From contig CANBOV010000003.1 in NCBI GenBank assembly GCA_947371275.1, positions 2,027 to 66,026 on the forward strand: 64,000 nucleotides of DNA, given 5' to 3'. The first letter of the stretch is position 1; the number at the start of each line of letters is the position of its first letter. The DNA comes from Flavobacteriaceae bacterium. Its GTDB lineage: Bacteria > Bacteroidota > Bacteroidia > Flavobacteriales > Flavobacteriaceae. The notes below the pieces were generated by a model that was not told where the DNA came from, made no database searches, and was given only the letters and a program-made list of their open reading frames with translations. Below, piece after piece: positions 1 through 9,792 of this stretch. Both the position numbers and the translations under genes were made by a program.

Positions 1-1005
1 GGCATCGGAGAAGCTGTAGGAGGAGAAGTCTTTTTCGAAAGCCTTTAAATCGTTATTGTATAACTCCTGAATACGAATAAAATTACTTGGGTTCCCAACG
101 TCCATTGCGTTTGAAATGGTGGCTATTGAAGGTTTTGGGTCGTATAGGCCCGATTCTAAAAAGCGAGGAACCGTATCGTTGGCATTAGTAGAAGCAACAA
201 AATGGGCTATAGGTAGTCCTAATCGCTTGGCCATAATACCGGCACAAATGTTTCCGAAGTTACCGCTAGGGCAGGATAGGATGAGGGGTTTATTTTGTTT
301 TTTTAATTGCTGGTAGGCAAAGAAGATATAGAACATTTGCGGGAGCCAGCGGGCGATGTTAATCGAGTTGGCCGACGTGAGGTTATAAGCACTTAAACTA
401 TCGTCTAAGAACGCCTTTTTGACCATGTCTTGGCAATCATCAAAAACGCCATCGACTTCTAGAGCTTTGATGTTTTGCCCTAAGGTAGTAAGCTGACGTT
501 CTTGTATTTCACTCACTTTACCTGAAGGATAAAGTATAATTACTTCAACACCTTTGACTCCAAGGAATCCGCTTGCTACCGCACCGCCGGTATCGCCGGA
601 AGTGGCTACTAAAACGGTTACTTTTTTATTGTCATTACGATTGAAATAGCCTAGGCATCTGGACATGAATCGGGCGCCTACATCTTTGAATGCCATGGTG
701 GGTCCGTGAAAGAGTTCGAGGGAATAGATGTTCTCTTCTACCGGTATGCATGGAAAGTCAAAGCACAAGGTGTCGGCTATTATGCGTTTTAGTTCGTTTT
801 CGGGTATTTCATCTCCTACAAACTGTTTGATGGCTTCGAAGGCAATTTCTTCGTGGGATAGGTTTTCAATGTTGTTAAAGAATGCATTTGGAAGCGGTGT
901 AATGCTTTCTGGAAAGTATAATCCTCGATCAGGCGCTAAGCCTAAGACAACTGCTTCTTCAAAACTAACCCTTGGCGCATTGCTATTTAGACTAAAGTAT
1001 TTCAT
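1..1005 (-). CDS. thrC: Threonine synthase (3' end runs off the window)
   Basis: Not in the ORF track; translated by hand from ATG at 1005: MKYFSLNSNAPRVSFEEAVVLGLAPDRGLYFPE...LELFHGPTMAFKDVGARFM...ATSGDTGGAV; directly downstream of thrB. Confidence 0.95.
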   Translation of the reverse strand, partial: MKYFSLNSNAPRVSFEEAVVLGLAPDRGLYFPESITPLPNAFFNNIENLSHEEIAFEAIKQFVGDEIPENELKRIIADTLCFDFPCIPVEENIYSLELFHGPTMAFKDVGARFMSRCLGYFNRNDNKKVTVLVATSGDTGGAVASGFLGVKGVEVIILYPSGKVSEIQERQLTTLGQNIKALEVDGVFDDCQDMVKKAFLDDSLSAYNLTSANSINIARWLPQMFYIFFAYQQLKKQNKPLILSCPSGNFGNICAGIMAKRLGLPIAHFVASTNANDTVPRFLESGLYDPKPSIATISNAMDVGNPSNFIRIQELYNNDLKAFEKDFSSYSFSDA

Positions 1006-1018
1006 TTTACTCAGTATA

Positions 1019-1945
1019 TTAATTCATTATTGTTTTCACTCCTTCATCGTTGACTTTGGAGACGTGCATGTCGAATGGGATACCAGTTTCAAGGTAGGCT
1101 GTACTCATGGCGTAGGCTACTGATTCTGCCTTATCTCGTCCGTGACATAGTGCGAAGATGGAAGGTCCGGCCCCTGAAATACCTGCCCCTAATGCACCAG
1201 CATCTAGGGCACTGTTTTTCACTTCGTCAAAATTGGGAATTAAGGCTTTGCGTAGGGGTTCGATCACTACATCTTGAAGGGAGTTGCCAATAAGTTCGTA
1301 GTTCTCTGTATACAAACCTGCTATGAGTCCGCCCAAGTTTCCCCATTGGGTAATGGCATCTTTTAAGGGAATTGTTGGCGATAGTACAGCACGAGCATCG
1401 GAGGTTTTGAGTTCGATTTGTGGATGCAGTACAACAGCAAAGATTTGGTCTGGGCTTTTGATTTTGATAACATCTAGGGGGTTGTAGCCACGTACTAAGG
1501 TAAACCCGCCTAGAATACAAGGAGCCACATTATCTGCATGTTCGGAGCCACTCGCTAGTGCTTCCCCTTTCATGGCGAAGTCCACTAATTGGTTTTTGGT
1601 AAAAGGGCGACCTAGTAATTCATTGATTCCGTACACTGCACCTGCAGCGCTGGCAGAAGAACTTCCTATACCACTCCCGGCTTTTATTTTCTTGTGAATT
1701 TCGATTTCGAAACCACAGTCGGTTTCCACTGCATTGTACAGTGCAAGTGCCGCTACTCCGGCCACGTTTTTTTCGGTTTCTAGAGGCAAGTCGGCTCCCA
1801 TAATTTTGATGATGCGAATGCCCTTTTGAGGCACTTTATGGAAGATCATTTCGTCGCCAACGCCTTCTAAGCAAAGGCCCATTACGTCAAATCCGCAATT
1901 GAGATTGGCGATGGTGGCAGGGCAGAAGATTTTTATAGTAGTCAT
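1019..1945 (-). CDS. thrB: Homoserine kinase
   Basis: PATIANLNCGFD N-terminus, GHMP kinase GSGIGSSSAS motif, HADNVAP, ISGAGPS. Confidence 0.96.
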   Translation of the reverse strand: MTTIKIFCPATIANLNCGFDVMGLCLEGVGDEMIFHKVPQKGIRIIKIMGADLPLETEKNVAGVAALALYNAVETDCGFEIEIHKKIKAGSGIGSSSASAAGAVYGINELLGRPFTKNQLVDFAMKGEALASGSEHADNVAPCILGGFTLVRGYNPLDVIKIKSPDQIFAVVLHPQIELKTSDARAVLSPTIPLKDAITQWGNLGGLIAGLYTENYELIGNSLQDVVIEPLRKALIPNFDEVKNSALDAGALGAGISGAGPSIFALCHGRDKAESVAYAMSTAYLETGIPFDMHVSKVNDEGVKTIMN

Positions 1946-1972
1946 AAAGTTGAAAGTCTAAAGTCAAAAAGT
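1946..1972. repeat. Degenerate heptamer tandem repeat (AAAGTNN) in the thrA-thrB spacer
   Basis: aaagttg aaagtct aaagtca aaaagt. Confidence 0.55.
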
Positions 1973-1975
1973 GGG

Positions 1976-4423
1976 TTATACGTTTCCTATTCGGATTACG
2001 TCGGCAAAAATACCAGAGGCCGTTACAGCAGCTCCAGCGCCGGCCCCTTTGATCAGCAATGGTTGGTCTACATAGCGATCGGTATAGAACTGTACGATAT
2101 TGTCTTTTCCTTCTAAGTTATAGAACGGACTATCTGCTGGAATGAATTGGAGGCCGACACTAGCTTTTCCATTTTCAAACGACGCGACAAATTTTAGGCG
2201 GCTGTTTTTGGCTTTGGCTTCAGCTAATAAGTTGTCAAAATGTGTTGCATTTTTAGTTAGCGATTTGAAGAAATCCTCGTTGTTGGTGGTTGCCATGCAT
2301 TCTGCCGGGAGGAAAGAATTATTGACTATATCTTCCATTTCCATTTGGTAACCGCTCTCTCTTATTAAGATTAATATTTTGCGTGCTACGTCTACACCAC
2401 TTAAATCAATTTTCGGGTCGGGTTCTGTAAATCCTTGAATACCTGCTTCTTTTACAACATCGTGAAAGTTATAGGTTTCACTAAAGTTATTGAAAATAAA
2501 ATTTAGACTACCGGATAATACCGCATTGATTCGGTTTACTTTATCCCCTGAGGCGATTAGGTGTTTTAAGGTATCTATGATGGGAAGTCCGGCCCCCACA
2601 TTAGTTTCAAATAAGAACGGTGCGTTGTATTTTCTGGATAAGTTTTTCAGGTTTTTATAGTTATTGTATTCCGAAGAACAAGCAATTTTATTACACGTTA
2701 CTACGGCAACATTTTTGCTTAAGAATTGGTCATAAATGCCTGCAATCTCATAATTAGCAGTAATGTCTACGAAGATGCTGTTGCGTAGGTTTAAGTCGGC
2801 CACCCTTTTAATAAACGCCGGTACATTGGCTGTTTCACCTTGATCCACTTTGGCTTTCCAATCGTTTAGGTTGATTCCGTCTTCTTCGAAAACCATTTTA
2901 CGGGAGTTGGCCATCGCCACCACTCGCAGGTTTATTTTGAGGTTTTCTTTTAGGAATTTCTTTTGTTGGTGGATTTGGTCAATAAATTTTTCACCTACGT
3001 TACCGACTCCCATAACGAATAGGTTTAGCTGTTTGGTATTGTCTTCAAAGAAGCGTTCGTGTAGTGTATTGAGTGCTTTCTTAACGTCTTTTTCATTGAT
3101 GACTACGGAGATGTTTCTTTCGGAGGCACCTTGAGCAATGGCGCGGATGTTGACGTTGTTTTTCCCTAGGGTGCTGAACATTTTACCGCTGATGCCTTGG
3201 TGATTTTTCATGCTTTCGCCTACTAGGGCTACTATGCATAAGTCTTTTTCAACGATACAAGGGTCCACTTTATTTTGGCCAATTTCGATTTCGAAGGTTT
3301 TATCGATAGCTGCTTTGGCTTTATCGGCATCGGCATTTAGGATTCCGATACAGATAGAGTGTTCAGAAGAGGCCTGGGTGATGAAAATCACGTTGATGTT
3401 TTCATTGGAAAGGACTTCGAATAGGCGTTTGGACGAACCTGCTACACCTACCATACCAGAGCCTTCTAGGGTTACAAGGGCTATATTGTCAATATGTGAA
3501 ATCCCTTTGATTGGATTACTACCTTCATTGGGGTGATTAGAGATTAGTGTTCCGTAAGCATCAGGTTCGAAGGTATTCTTGATGAAAATAGGAATACTAT
3601 CTTTTAAAACCGGTTGGATGGTAGGTGGGTATAAAACTTTGGCACCGAAGTGAGACAGTTCCATTGCTTCCTGATAGGAGATGGTTTCTATAGGTTGGGC
3701 TTGTTTTACAATCTTAGGATTGGCTGTAAACATTCCGTTTACATCGGTCCATATTTCTAATACAGAAGCTTTTATCGCCGCTGCTATGATGGCCGCTGTA
3801 TAATCAGAGCCACCCCGACCTAAAGTAGTGGTGTTGCCATCAAGAGAGGAAGCTATAAAGCCTGGAAACAATACTACTTGGTTGGAATTGGTATTAAAAT
3901 AGTCGGCTAAGTATTGATTAGTAATTCCAAAATCAACACTAGCTTTTCCGAAGTTGGAGTTGGTTTTGATCACCTCTCTACTGTCTTTGAAGCATGAGTT
4001 GCTTACTTTTTGTTTTAAGGCAACTGCTATGATTTGGGAGGATAATAATTCGCCGAAACCTGCGACGATATCGGCCGTTCTATTGGATAATTCACCTAAC
4101 AGATAGCAACCGTCAAGTAACGTTTTCAGCAGGTTGATGTCGTTATTTATGGTTGTGATGATATCGCTTTGTTCGCTTAATGGAATCAATTCGTCTATCG
4201 CCTCTTTGTGTTTTTTATCAATCAGGCTGATGAATTCTTTATAGTTTTTGTCTTTGGCTGCGGCGGTTTTTCCGGCTTGGATTAGCAAGTCGGTTACCCC
4301 ACTAAAAGCAGAGACTACAACTGCCAATTGATGGTCTTTACTTTTTTGGTATACGATATCAATGGCTTTGGCTATATTGGTGGCATTGGCAACAGAAGTT
4401 CCGCCAAATTTTAATACGATCAT
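1976..4423 (-). CDS. thrA: Bifunctional aspartate kinase/homoserine dehydrogenase I
   Basis: VLKFGGTSVA, LGRGGSDYTAA, WTDVNG, two ACT domains, GVGNVG, ETNVGAGLP, GAGAGAAVTA. Confidence 0.97.
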   Translation of the reverse strand: MIVLKFGGTSVANATNIAKAIDIVYQKSKDHQLAVVVSAFSGVTDLLIQAGKTAAAKDKNYKEFISLIDKKHKEAIDELIPLSEQSDIITTINNDINLLKTLLDGCYLLGELSNRTADIVAGFGELLSSQIIAVALKQKVSNSCFKDSREVIKTNSNFGKASVDFGITNQYLADYFNTNSNQVVLFPGFIASSLDGNTTTLGRGGSDYTAAIIAAAIKASVLEIWTDVNGMFTANPKIVKQAQPIETISYQEAMELSHFGAKVLYPPTIQPVLKDSIPIFIKNTFEPDAYGTLISNHPNEGSNPIKGISHIDNIALVTLEGSGMVGVAGSSKRLFEVLSNENINVIFITQASSEHSICIGILNADADKAKAAIDKTFEIEIGQNKVDPCIVEKDLCIVALVGESMKNHQGISGKMFSTLGKNNVNIRAIAQGASERNISVVINEKDVKKALNTLHERFFEDNTKQLNLFVMGVGNVGEKFIDQIHQQKKFLKENLKINLRVVAMANSRKMVFEEDGINLNDWKAKVDQGETANVPAFIKRVADLNLRNSIFVDITANYEIAGIYDQFLSKNVAVVTCNKIACSSEYNNYKNLKNLSRKYNAPFLFETNVGAGLPIIDTLKHLIASGDKVNRINAVLSGSLNFIFNNFSETYNFHDVVKEAGIQGFTEPDPKIDLSGVDVARKILILIRESGYQMEMEDIVNNSFLPAECMATTNNEDFFKSLTKNATHFDNLLAEAKAKNSRLKFVASFENGKASVGLQFIPADSPFYNLEGKDNIVQFYTDRYVDQPLLIKGAGAGAAVTASGIFADVIRIGNV

Positions 4424-4429
4424 TTTTAG

Positions 4430-4453
4430 TTATGAATTATAAGTTATGAGTTA
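4430..4453. repeat. Degenerate heptamer tandem repeat just upstream of thrA
   Basis: ttatgaa ttataag ttatgag tta. Confidence 0.55.
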
Positions 4454-4499
4454 TTTACTTTCATTTGAAAGTCCGTTCATTAAGGATTATATGTAATGA

Positions 4500-4604
4500 T
4501 TATACCCCCAATGGGGTTGTAGTTGTTGATGTGGTAGTAACAGTATTCGACGCCAAAGAAGTTGGTGTAGCAGAGAATGAATATGTTAAAAAATTATGCA
4601 TCAT
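4500..4604 (-). CDS. Putative thr operon leader peptide (34 aa, 11 Thr)
   Basis: Hand translation: MMHNFLTYSFSATPTSLASNTVTTTSTTTTPLGV*; ends 76 nt before the thrA start; TAAATTTG -7 box lies 6 nt upstream of the ATG. Confidence 0.8.
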   Translation of the reverse strand: MMHNFLTYSFSATPTSLASNTVTTTSTTTTPLGV

Positions 4605-4610
4605 GGTTTT

Positions 4611-4618
4611 CAAATTTA
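4611..4618 (-). promoter_or_regulatory. Bacteroidota -7 promoter element for the thr leader/operon
   Basis: Minus strand reads TAAATTTG, matching TAnnTTTG. Confidence 0.65.
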
Positions 4619-4813
4619 TAACTTTTTAACAATTAAAAAAGGAAATGCTTAATTTTTGAGAATATCGCAATTTTAGAAACGGCTTTCATTGTTTTTATTC
4701 GTTTCGTTAGAATAAGGCGTGATTTATTATTGATTCAGCAATAAAATAGTCGTGTTTTTTATTGTTTATTAGGGATTGTTTACGGAATTTTGGGCTTTTA
4801 ATCCCAATCCAAA

Positions 4814-6316
4814 ATGGAAAATTCACATTATATCAGTACGGATGTATTGACTTTAGAGACGTTACAAGATATTATTAGCCAACATAAAACAGTAGCCTTA
4901 TCAGAAGAAGCCACGCTGAATATTGAAAAATGTCGTGCATATTTAGATCAAAAAATGGCTACTAACGAAACGCCGATTTATGGTATTAATACTGGTTTTG
5001 GTTCGTTGTGTAATGTAAAAATATCCTCTGAGAACCTTTCTCAGCTTCAGGAGAACTTAGTAAAGTCACACGCATGTGGGACAGGAGAGGAAGTACCGGC
5101 TGAAATTGTAAAGATTATGTTATTGCTTAAGATACAGTCCTTAAGTTATGGTCATTCTGGTGTTCAGTTACAAACGGTGGAGCGATTGGTTGATTTTTAC
5201 AACCATGATATACTGCCGGTGATTTACAATCAAGGTTCACTTGGTGCCAGTGGGGATTTGGCTCCTTTGGCCCATTTATCTTTACCTTTATTGGGTGAAG
5301 GTGAAGTGTATTATGAAGGATTTCGTCAGCCGGCTAAGAAGGTATTGGATAAGTTGGGATGGCAACCTATTGTATTGCAGTCTAAGGAAGGATTGGCTTT
5401 GTTGAATGGGACACAGTTTATGAGTTCGTATGGCTGTTATGTGTTATTGAAAGCGATTAAGTATTCTTATTTGGCCGACCTTATTTCTGCGATCTCTTTG
5501 GAGGGCTTTGATGGGCGTATAGAGCCTTTTAATGAATTGATTCATTATGTACGACCGCATAAAGGACAAATCGTTACCGCTAAACGCATGAATGAGTTAC
5601 TAGAAGAAAGTCAGATTATCGCACAAGCGAAGGAGCATGTGCAAGATCCTTATTCCTTTAGATGTATACCACAAGTGCATGGTGCTTCAAAAGATACAAT
5701 AGACTACGTTAAGAAGGTATTTAAAACCGAAATCAACTCAGTTACGGATAATCCCAACATATTTGCGGCAGAGGATTTGATTATTTCAGGTGGAAATTTT
5801 CACGGACAGCCATTGGCCTTGGCGTTGGACTTCTTGGGAATGGCCTTGGCGGAATTGGGTAGTATTTCTGAGCGTAGAACTTATCAATTGATTTCTGGGT
5901 TACGCGGTTTGCCTGCGTTTTTGGTAGACAATCCTGGATTGAATTCGGGTTTTATGATTCCGCAATACACGGCGGCTAGTATTGTTAGTCAGAATAAACA
6001 ATTGGCTACTCCGGCCAGTGTGGACAGTATTGTTTCTAGTAATGGGCAAGAAGACCATGTAAGTATGGGTGCTAATGCAGCTACAAAAGCGTTACGCATC
6101 ATGGATAACTTGGAGCGTATCTTGGCTATTGAATTGATGAATGCTTCTCAGGCTATTGAATTCAGAAGACCTTTGCAGTCAAGTTCTTTTATAGAGATGT
6201 TTTTAAAATCCTACCGTGAAGAAGTGCCTTTAGTTAAGGAGGACCGAATATTGCATTACGATATTGAGAAATCGGTTGCGTTTTTGAATAGTTTTATGAT
6301 TGAGTTGGAGGACTAA
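4814..6316 (+). CDS. hutH: Histidine ammonia-lyase
   Basis: YGINTGFG, MIO-forming GASGDLAPL, KEGLALLNGT, QDPYSFRC, GGNFHG, QEDHVSMG. Confidence 0.95.
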   Translation: MENSHYISTDVLTLETLQDIISQHKTVALSEEATLNIEKCRAYLDQKMATNETPIYGINTGFGSLCNVKISSENLSQLQENLVKSHACGTGEEVPAEIVKIMLLLKIQSLSYGHSGVQLQTVERLVDFYNHDILPVIYNQGSLGASGDLAPLAHLSLPLLGEGEVYYEGFRQPAKKVLDKLGWQPIVLQSKEGLALLNGTQFMSSYGCYVLLKAIKYSYLADLISAISLEGFDGRIEPFNELIHYVRPHKGQIVTAKRMNELLEESQIIAQAKEHVQDPYSFRCIPQVHGASKDTIDYVKKVFKTEINSVTDNPNIFAAEDLIISGGNFHGQPLALALDFLGMALAELGSISERRTYQLISGLRGLPAFLVDNPGLNSGFMIPQYTAASIVSQNKQLATPASVDSIVSSNGQEDHVSMGANAATKALRIMDNLERILAIELMNASQAIEFRRPLQSSSFIEMFLKSYREEVPLVKEDRILHYDIEKSVAFLNSFMIELED

Positions 6317-6334
6317 TGAATATTGTTTTACTTC

Positions 6335-6739
6335 CTAAAGCGTTACTTTTTTTGCTGCTGAAGATTTTGTCGTTTCACTGTGTTTTATAATGGTTGTAAT
6401 CATTTTGAATTCATGATTGGCTTTGAAGCAGTGGACTGTATTTACCGGGATGATTGTGCCTTCTCCTAATTTGATGTCTACATCTTTCCCTAAAATGGTT
6501 ACTTGTGCTTCCCCATCAATCACTTGCACATAAGTATCGTATAGCGCGGTAGTTTCACAAAACTTTTCCCCTTTAGCAAAGGCTACAGCGCTAATTTTAC
6601 CATTGCGATTTTTTATGATGGTTCTGCGTACTATACTATCGGGGACATATTCTATTATTTCGAGAATGATATGAACCTTTGATTTGGGTACCCCCTCATC
6701 ATTACTTTCGTTACAGATTTTGCTGTTTTTGGTTGGCAT
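6335..6739 (-). CDS. Cupin domain protein
   Basis: VQVIDGEAQVTI...GEGTIIPVNTVH cupin beta-barrel pattern. Confidence 0.75.
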   Translation of the reverse strand: MPTKNSKICNESNDEGVPKSKVHIILEIIEYVPDSIVRRTIIKNRNGKISAVAFAKGEKFCETTALYDTYVQVIDGEAQVTILGKDVDIKLGEGTIIPVNTVHCFKANHEFKMITTIIKHSETTKSSAAKKVTL

Positions 6740-6872
6740 TATGACTTTTGCTCAAAGTAAGGCAAAATACCTCTGAGAAAGTTTACATAAAAAAAGGAAG
6801 TAGTTGTATAATTCCTAGAATCTTCACAAGCGATTTATTAGTGGAAGTTTGTTTTTGTTAAAGCGTAAGGAA

Positions 6873-7232
6873 CTACAAAAAACAACAAATCAGACCTAAT
6901 AGTGCTGGTACGGCTTGAACAAATATAATTCTTTTGGAAGCAGTTAAACCGCCATATATCCCTGCAATCAATATACAAGAAAGAAAAAAAATCGCTATAT
7001 TTTTACTCCAAACACTATCTGAAACACATAAAGACCAAATTAATCCTGCTGCGAGAAAGCCGTTGTATAATCCTTGGTTGGCCGCCATGACTTTTGTTTT
7101 TTCGAATTGGTCGGTTGGGATAGTTTTGAAGACTTTACGACCGCGTGTGGTCCAAGCAAACATTTCGAGCCATAGAATGTAAAGATGCAGTATTGCGATA
7201 CCGCCTACTATGATTTGAGAAAGTAAGTTCAT
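6873..7232 (-). CDS. DUF1304 family membrane protein
   Basis: HLYILWLEMFAW and ANQGLYNGFLAAGL motifs; four hydrophobic segments. Confidence 0.85.
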   Translation of the reverse strand: MNLLSQIIVGGIAILHLYILWLEMFAWTTRGRKVFKTIPTDQFEKTKVMAANQGLYNGFLAAGLIWSLCVSDSVWSKNIAIFFLSCILIAGIYGGLTASKRIIFVQAVPALLGLICCFL

Positions 7233-7234
7233 GG

Positions 7235-7816
7235 TTATTCGTTTTCGTTAAAAATACGTTCGATTCTTTTATCGGGTACTAGCCACATTAAAGCTACCAG
7301 TATATAGATACCTCCGGCAATGGCCGGATACGTGTTGGCGAAAAGAATCGCTATAAAATAAAGGATAGGGGATGACTTGCCTTTGTAATCTTTTCCGAGG
7401 GCTTTGGCGAGTAAGGAATCTTTTCCTTGGTGTTTGATAATAATCCCTTGCAAAATGAAATAGGCTACCCCGTTCATTAGTAGAACTACTCCGTACATCA
7501 TCATAGGAATAGGAGCAAAATGATTATCACCATTCCAGGCTGTAGCAAACGGAATTAGCGATAACCAAAATAGTAAATGCAAATTGGCCCAAAGAATCGC
7601 ACCATTTACCCGCCTTACGGTGTGCATCATGTGATGGTGGTTGTTCCAATAAATTCCGATGTAGATGAAACTGAGGATATAACTGAAAAACTTCGGTAAT
7701 AAGGGTTTAAGTGCGTTGCAGTCCATTCCCTCTGGCACTTTGAACTCCAGTACCATAATGGTAATGATAATGGCTAAAACGCCATCACTAAAAGCTTCTA
7801 GTCGGTTTTTATTCAT
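7235..7816 (-). CDS. TMEM175 family potassium channel
   Basis: RLEAFSDGVLAIIITIMVLE signature, YWNNHHH. Confidence 0.9.
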   Translation of the reverse strand: MNKNRLEAFSDGVLAIIITIMVLEFKVPEGMDCNALKPLLPKFFSYILSFIYIGIYWNNHHHMMHTVRRVNGAILWANLHLLFWLSLIPFATAWNGDNHFAPIPMMMYGVVLLMNGVAYFILQGIIIKHQGKDSLLAKALGKDYKGKSSPILYFIAILFANTYPAIAGGIYILVALMWLVPDKRIERIFNENE

Positions 7817-7818
7817 AC

Positions 7819-8334
7819 CTAATTGTTTAGATTGCCCAGTGTTTTATGTATTTTACGTTTATGGTGGGTCTGTCTTAGGTTATCGGTTCCGGAGATGATG
7901 CTAATACTACCGTCGATTTCGAACATGGCTAGTTTGACGTCTTTGTAGTATTCAACACCATGTTCGCGCATGGCCTCTAGGAGTTCATCATTGGTAATGC
8001 CTAATTTGGCAATAGTAGCAAAAGCAATTTTACCATTATGAATTAGAATTTCGGGGGTGTCTTGGACTAAATTTCGAATAAAATTAGACTTTGCCATTAC
8101 TTTTTTGAAAACGAAATTGACAATGAATAGTGCTAAGGCTGCTACTATTCCTCCGTAAAGCGATGTATTGTTGCCTACCATAGCGTTTTGCACCGAATTA
8201 CTGATTAATAAAATCAGGATTACATCGGCAGTATTTAATTGGGAAAGTTGTTTTTTACCAAAAATACGCAAGGCAATGACCATGAATAAATACACGACCA
8301 CACTTCTAATTACTATGTCAAGGTAGGGGTTCAT
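7819..8334 (-). CDS. DUF421 (YetF-like) membrane protein
   Basis: [36 protein letters not shown]. Confidence 0.85.
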   Translation of the reverse strand: MNPYLDIVIRSVVVYLFMVIALRIFGKKQLSQLNTADVILILLISNSVQNAMVGNNTSLYGGIVAALALFIVNFVFKKVMAKSNFIRNLVQDTPEILIHNGKIAFATIAKLGITNDELLEAMREHGVEYYKDVKLAMFEIDGSISIISGTDNLRQTHHKRKIHKTLGNLNN

Positions 8335-9709
8335 TCAAGTCTTTTATTTTAAAGTTTTTTTCGATGGCTTTTATCATTTCGCCTGCAATGTCCTTATTAG
8401 TAGCCCCTTCAATTCCTTCTAGACCTGGGGAAGAATTTACTTCTAGCAATAATGGCCCTTTAGACGAACGAATGATATCGACACCGGCAACTTTTAAATC
8501 CATTGCTTTGGCAGCTTTGATGGCAATACGTTTTTCTTCGGCAGTTGGTTTGACTACGGTAGCAGTACCTCCCATATGAATATTGGCTCGAAATTCGCCA
8601 GGGGCAGCTTCACGTTGCATGGAAGCAACCACTTTACCATCTACTACAAAAAGGCGTAAATCTTTACCATTTGCTTCTTTGATGAATTCTTGGACAAGAA
8701 TATTAGCGTTCAAACTTTTGAATGCATTGATTACCGATTCGGCTGCTTTTTTAGTTTCGGCTAATACGACCCCTTTACCTTGTGTTCCTTCTAATAATTT
8801 TACAATAAGGGGAGGACCACCAACCATTTTAATTAAATCATCAGTATCCAAAGGAGAATTGGCAAACCCCGTAGTAGGGATGTCCACTCCATTGCGCAGT
8901 AATAATTGCAATGAAAATAGTTTATCCCTGGATTGTGTTATGGCGGCCGCGGTGTTTAAACAATATACTTTCATGGCTTGAAACTGTCTTGTCAAGGCAC
9001 AACCATAAAAAGTGATGCTCGGTCTGATACGGGGTATGATGGCATCAAAATTGTCAAGAATTTTTCCCCCACGGTAATGGATTTCGGGTTTATCTGCATC
9101 CAATTTCATGTAGCATTCCTTGATGTTTAGGAAGTGCATTTCGTGTCCGCGCATTTCGCCCGCTTCCATTATTCGTTTGTTACTGTATAATTCGGGATTA
9201 CTAGCTAAAACTCCAATTCTCAATCCGGTTTTGGTGTTGATGGCATTGAGGTATAGTTCTTTTAAGTTTTCGGTAGATGTTTGTCCAAGCAAGTATTTTT
9301 GTTCTGGATCCACTAAGATTCGTCCGCTCATGGCTTCACGACCTAGAAGCATTCGGAATCCCATAGAGTCACGATTGGTTAAGGTCATTTCGATTTCCCA
9401 CGAATCATTTCCAATTTTAACATTGGTTTGAATAACATAGCGTTGCTCTCGAAACCCACTCGAACTTTTAACAATGCGCTTGTCTATGAGTTTGGCTTCA
9501 CAATGTATTACTGTTTTGAGGTTGTTTTGAATAGGGTTGATATCAAATTTAACCCAATTTTCGGTTTCTTTGATGAAGGGAGCAATATTGATGGCATGTA
9601 GCGCAGATGTTTTCGCTCCTGAATCTACACGGGCTTTAATAGCTGGTATTCCTATTTCTGGGAAAGAGCACCATTCTTCAGATCCTAATATGATTTTATT
9701 TTGTGGCAT
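8318..9709 (-). CDS. rimK: RimK family ATP-grasp glutamate ligase fused to an N-terminal retropepsin-like 'ATP-dependent zinc protease' domain
   Basis: N-terminal [14 protein letters not shown]...MLLGRE; C-terminal [28 protein letters not shown]; start taken at MPQNK (9709). Confidence 0.9.
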   Translation of the reverse strand: MPQNKIILGSEEWCSFPEIGIPAIKARVDSGAKTSALHAINIAPFIKETENWVKFDINPIQNNLKTVIHCEAKLIDKRIVKSSSGFREQRYVIQTNVKIGNDSWEIEMTLTNRDSMGFRMLLGREAMSGRILVDPEQKYLLGQTSTENLKELYLNAINTKTGLRIGVLASNPELYSNKRIMEAGEMRGHEMHFLNIKECYMKLDADKPEIHYRGGKILDNFDAIIPRIRPSITFYGCALTRQFQAMKVYCLNTAAAITQSRDKLFSLQLLLRNGVDIPTTGFANSPLDTDDLIKMVGGPPLIVKLLEGTQGKGVVLAETKKAAESVINAFKSLNANILVQEFIKEANGKDLRLFVVDGKVVASMQREAAPGEFRANIHMGGTATVVKPTAEEKRIAIKAAKAMDLKVAGVDIIRSSKGPLLLEVNSSPGLEGIEGATNKDIAGEMIKAIEKNFKIKDLNEPLP

Positions 9710-9723
9710 TGGTGTAAAATAAA

Positions 9724-9774
9724 AAGCCACGAATGTCGAATAAAACAATAAAATTATTCGTGCATTCGTGGCTT
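9724..9774. repeat. Imperfect inverted repeat (terminator or REP-like element) between clpC and rimK
   Basis: aagccacgaatg-t-cgaataa ... ttattcg-tg-cattcgtggctt. Confidence 0.6.
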
Positions 9775-9792
9775 ATAATAAGTTAGACTTTA

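Noticed and set aside
728-3536. Short ORFs overlapping thrC, thrB and thrA (and similar ORFs inside clpC, gyrA, rho, dnaK, ABC-F and the histidine kinase)
   Set aside because: Antisense or off-frame shadows of well-supported genes with no recognisable motifs
4814-6316. Isolated hutH as a Tyr/Phe ammonia-lyase for secondary metabolism
   Set aside because: The SH motif (LVKSHACG) fits histidine specificity and no biosynthetic genes are adjacent
8318-9709. Protease-RimK fusion as a novelty
   Set aside because: These two domains are commonly adjacent or fused in bacteria; not new
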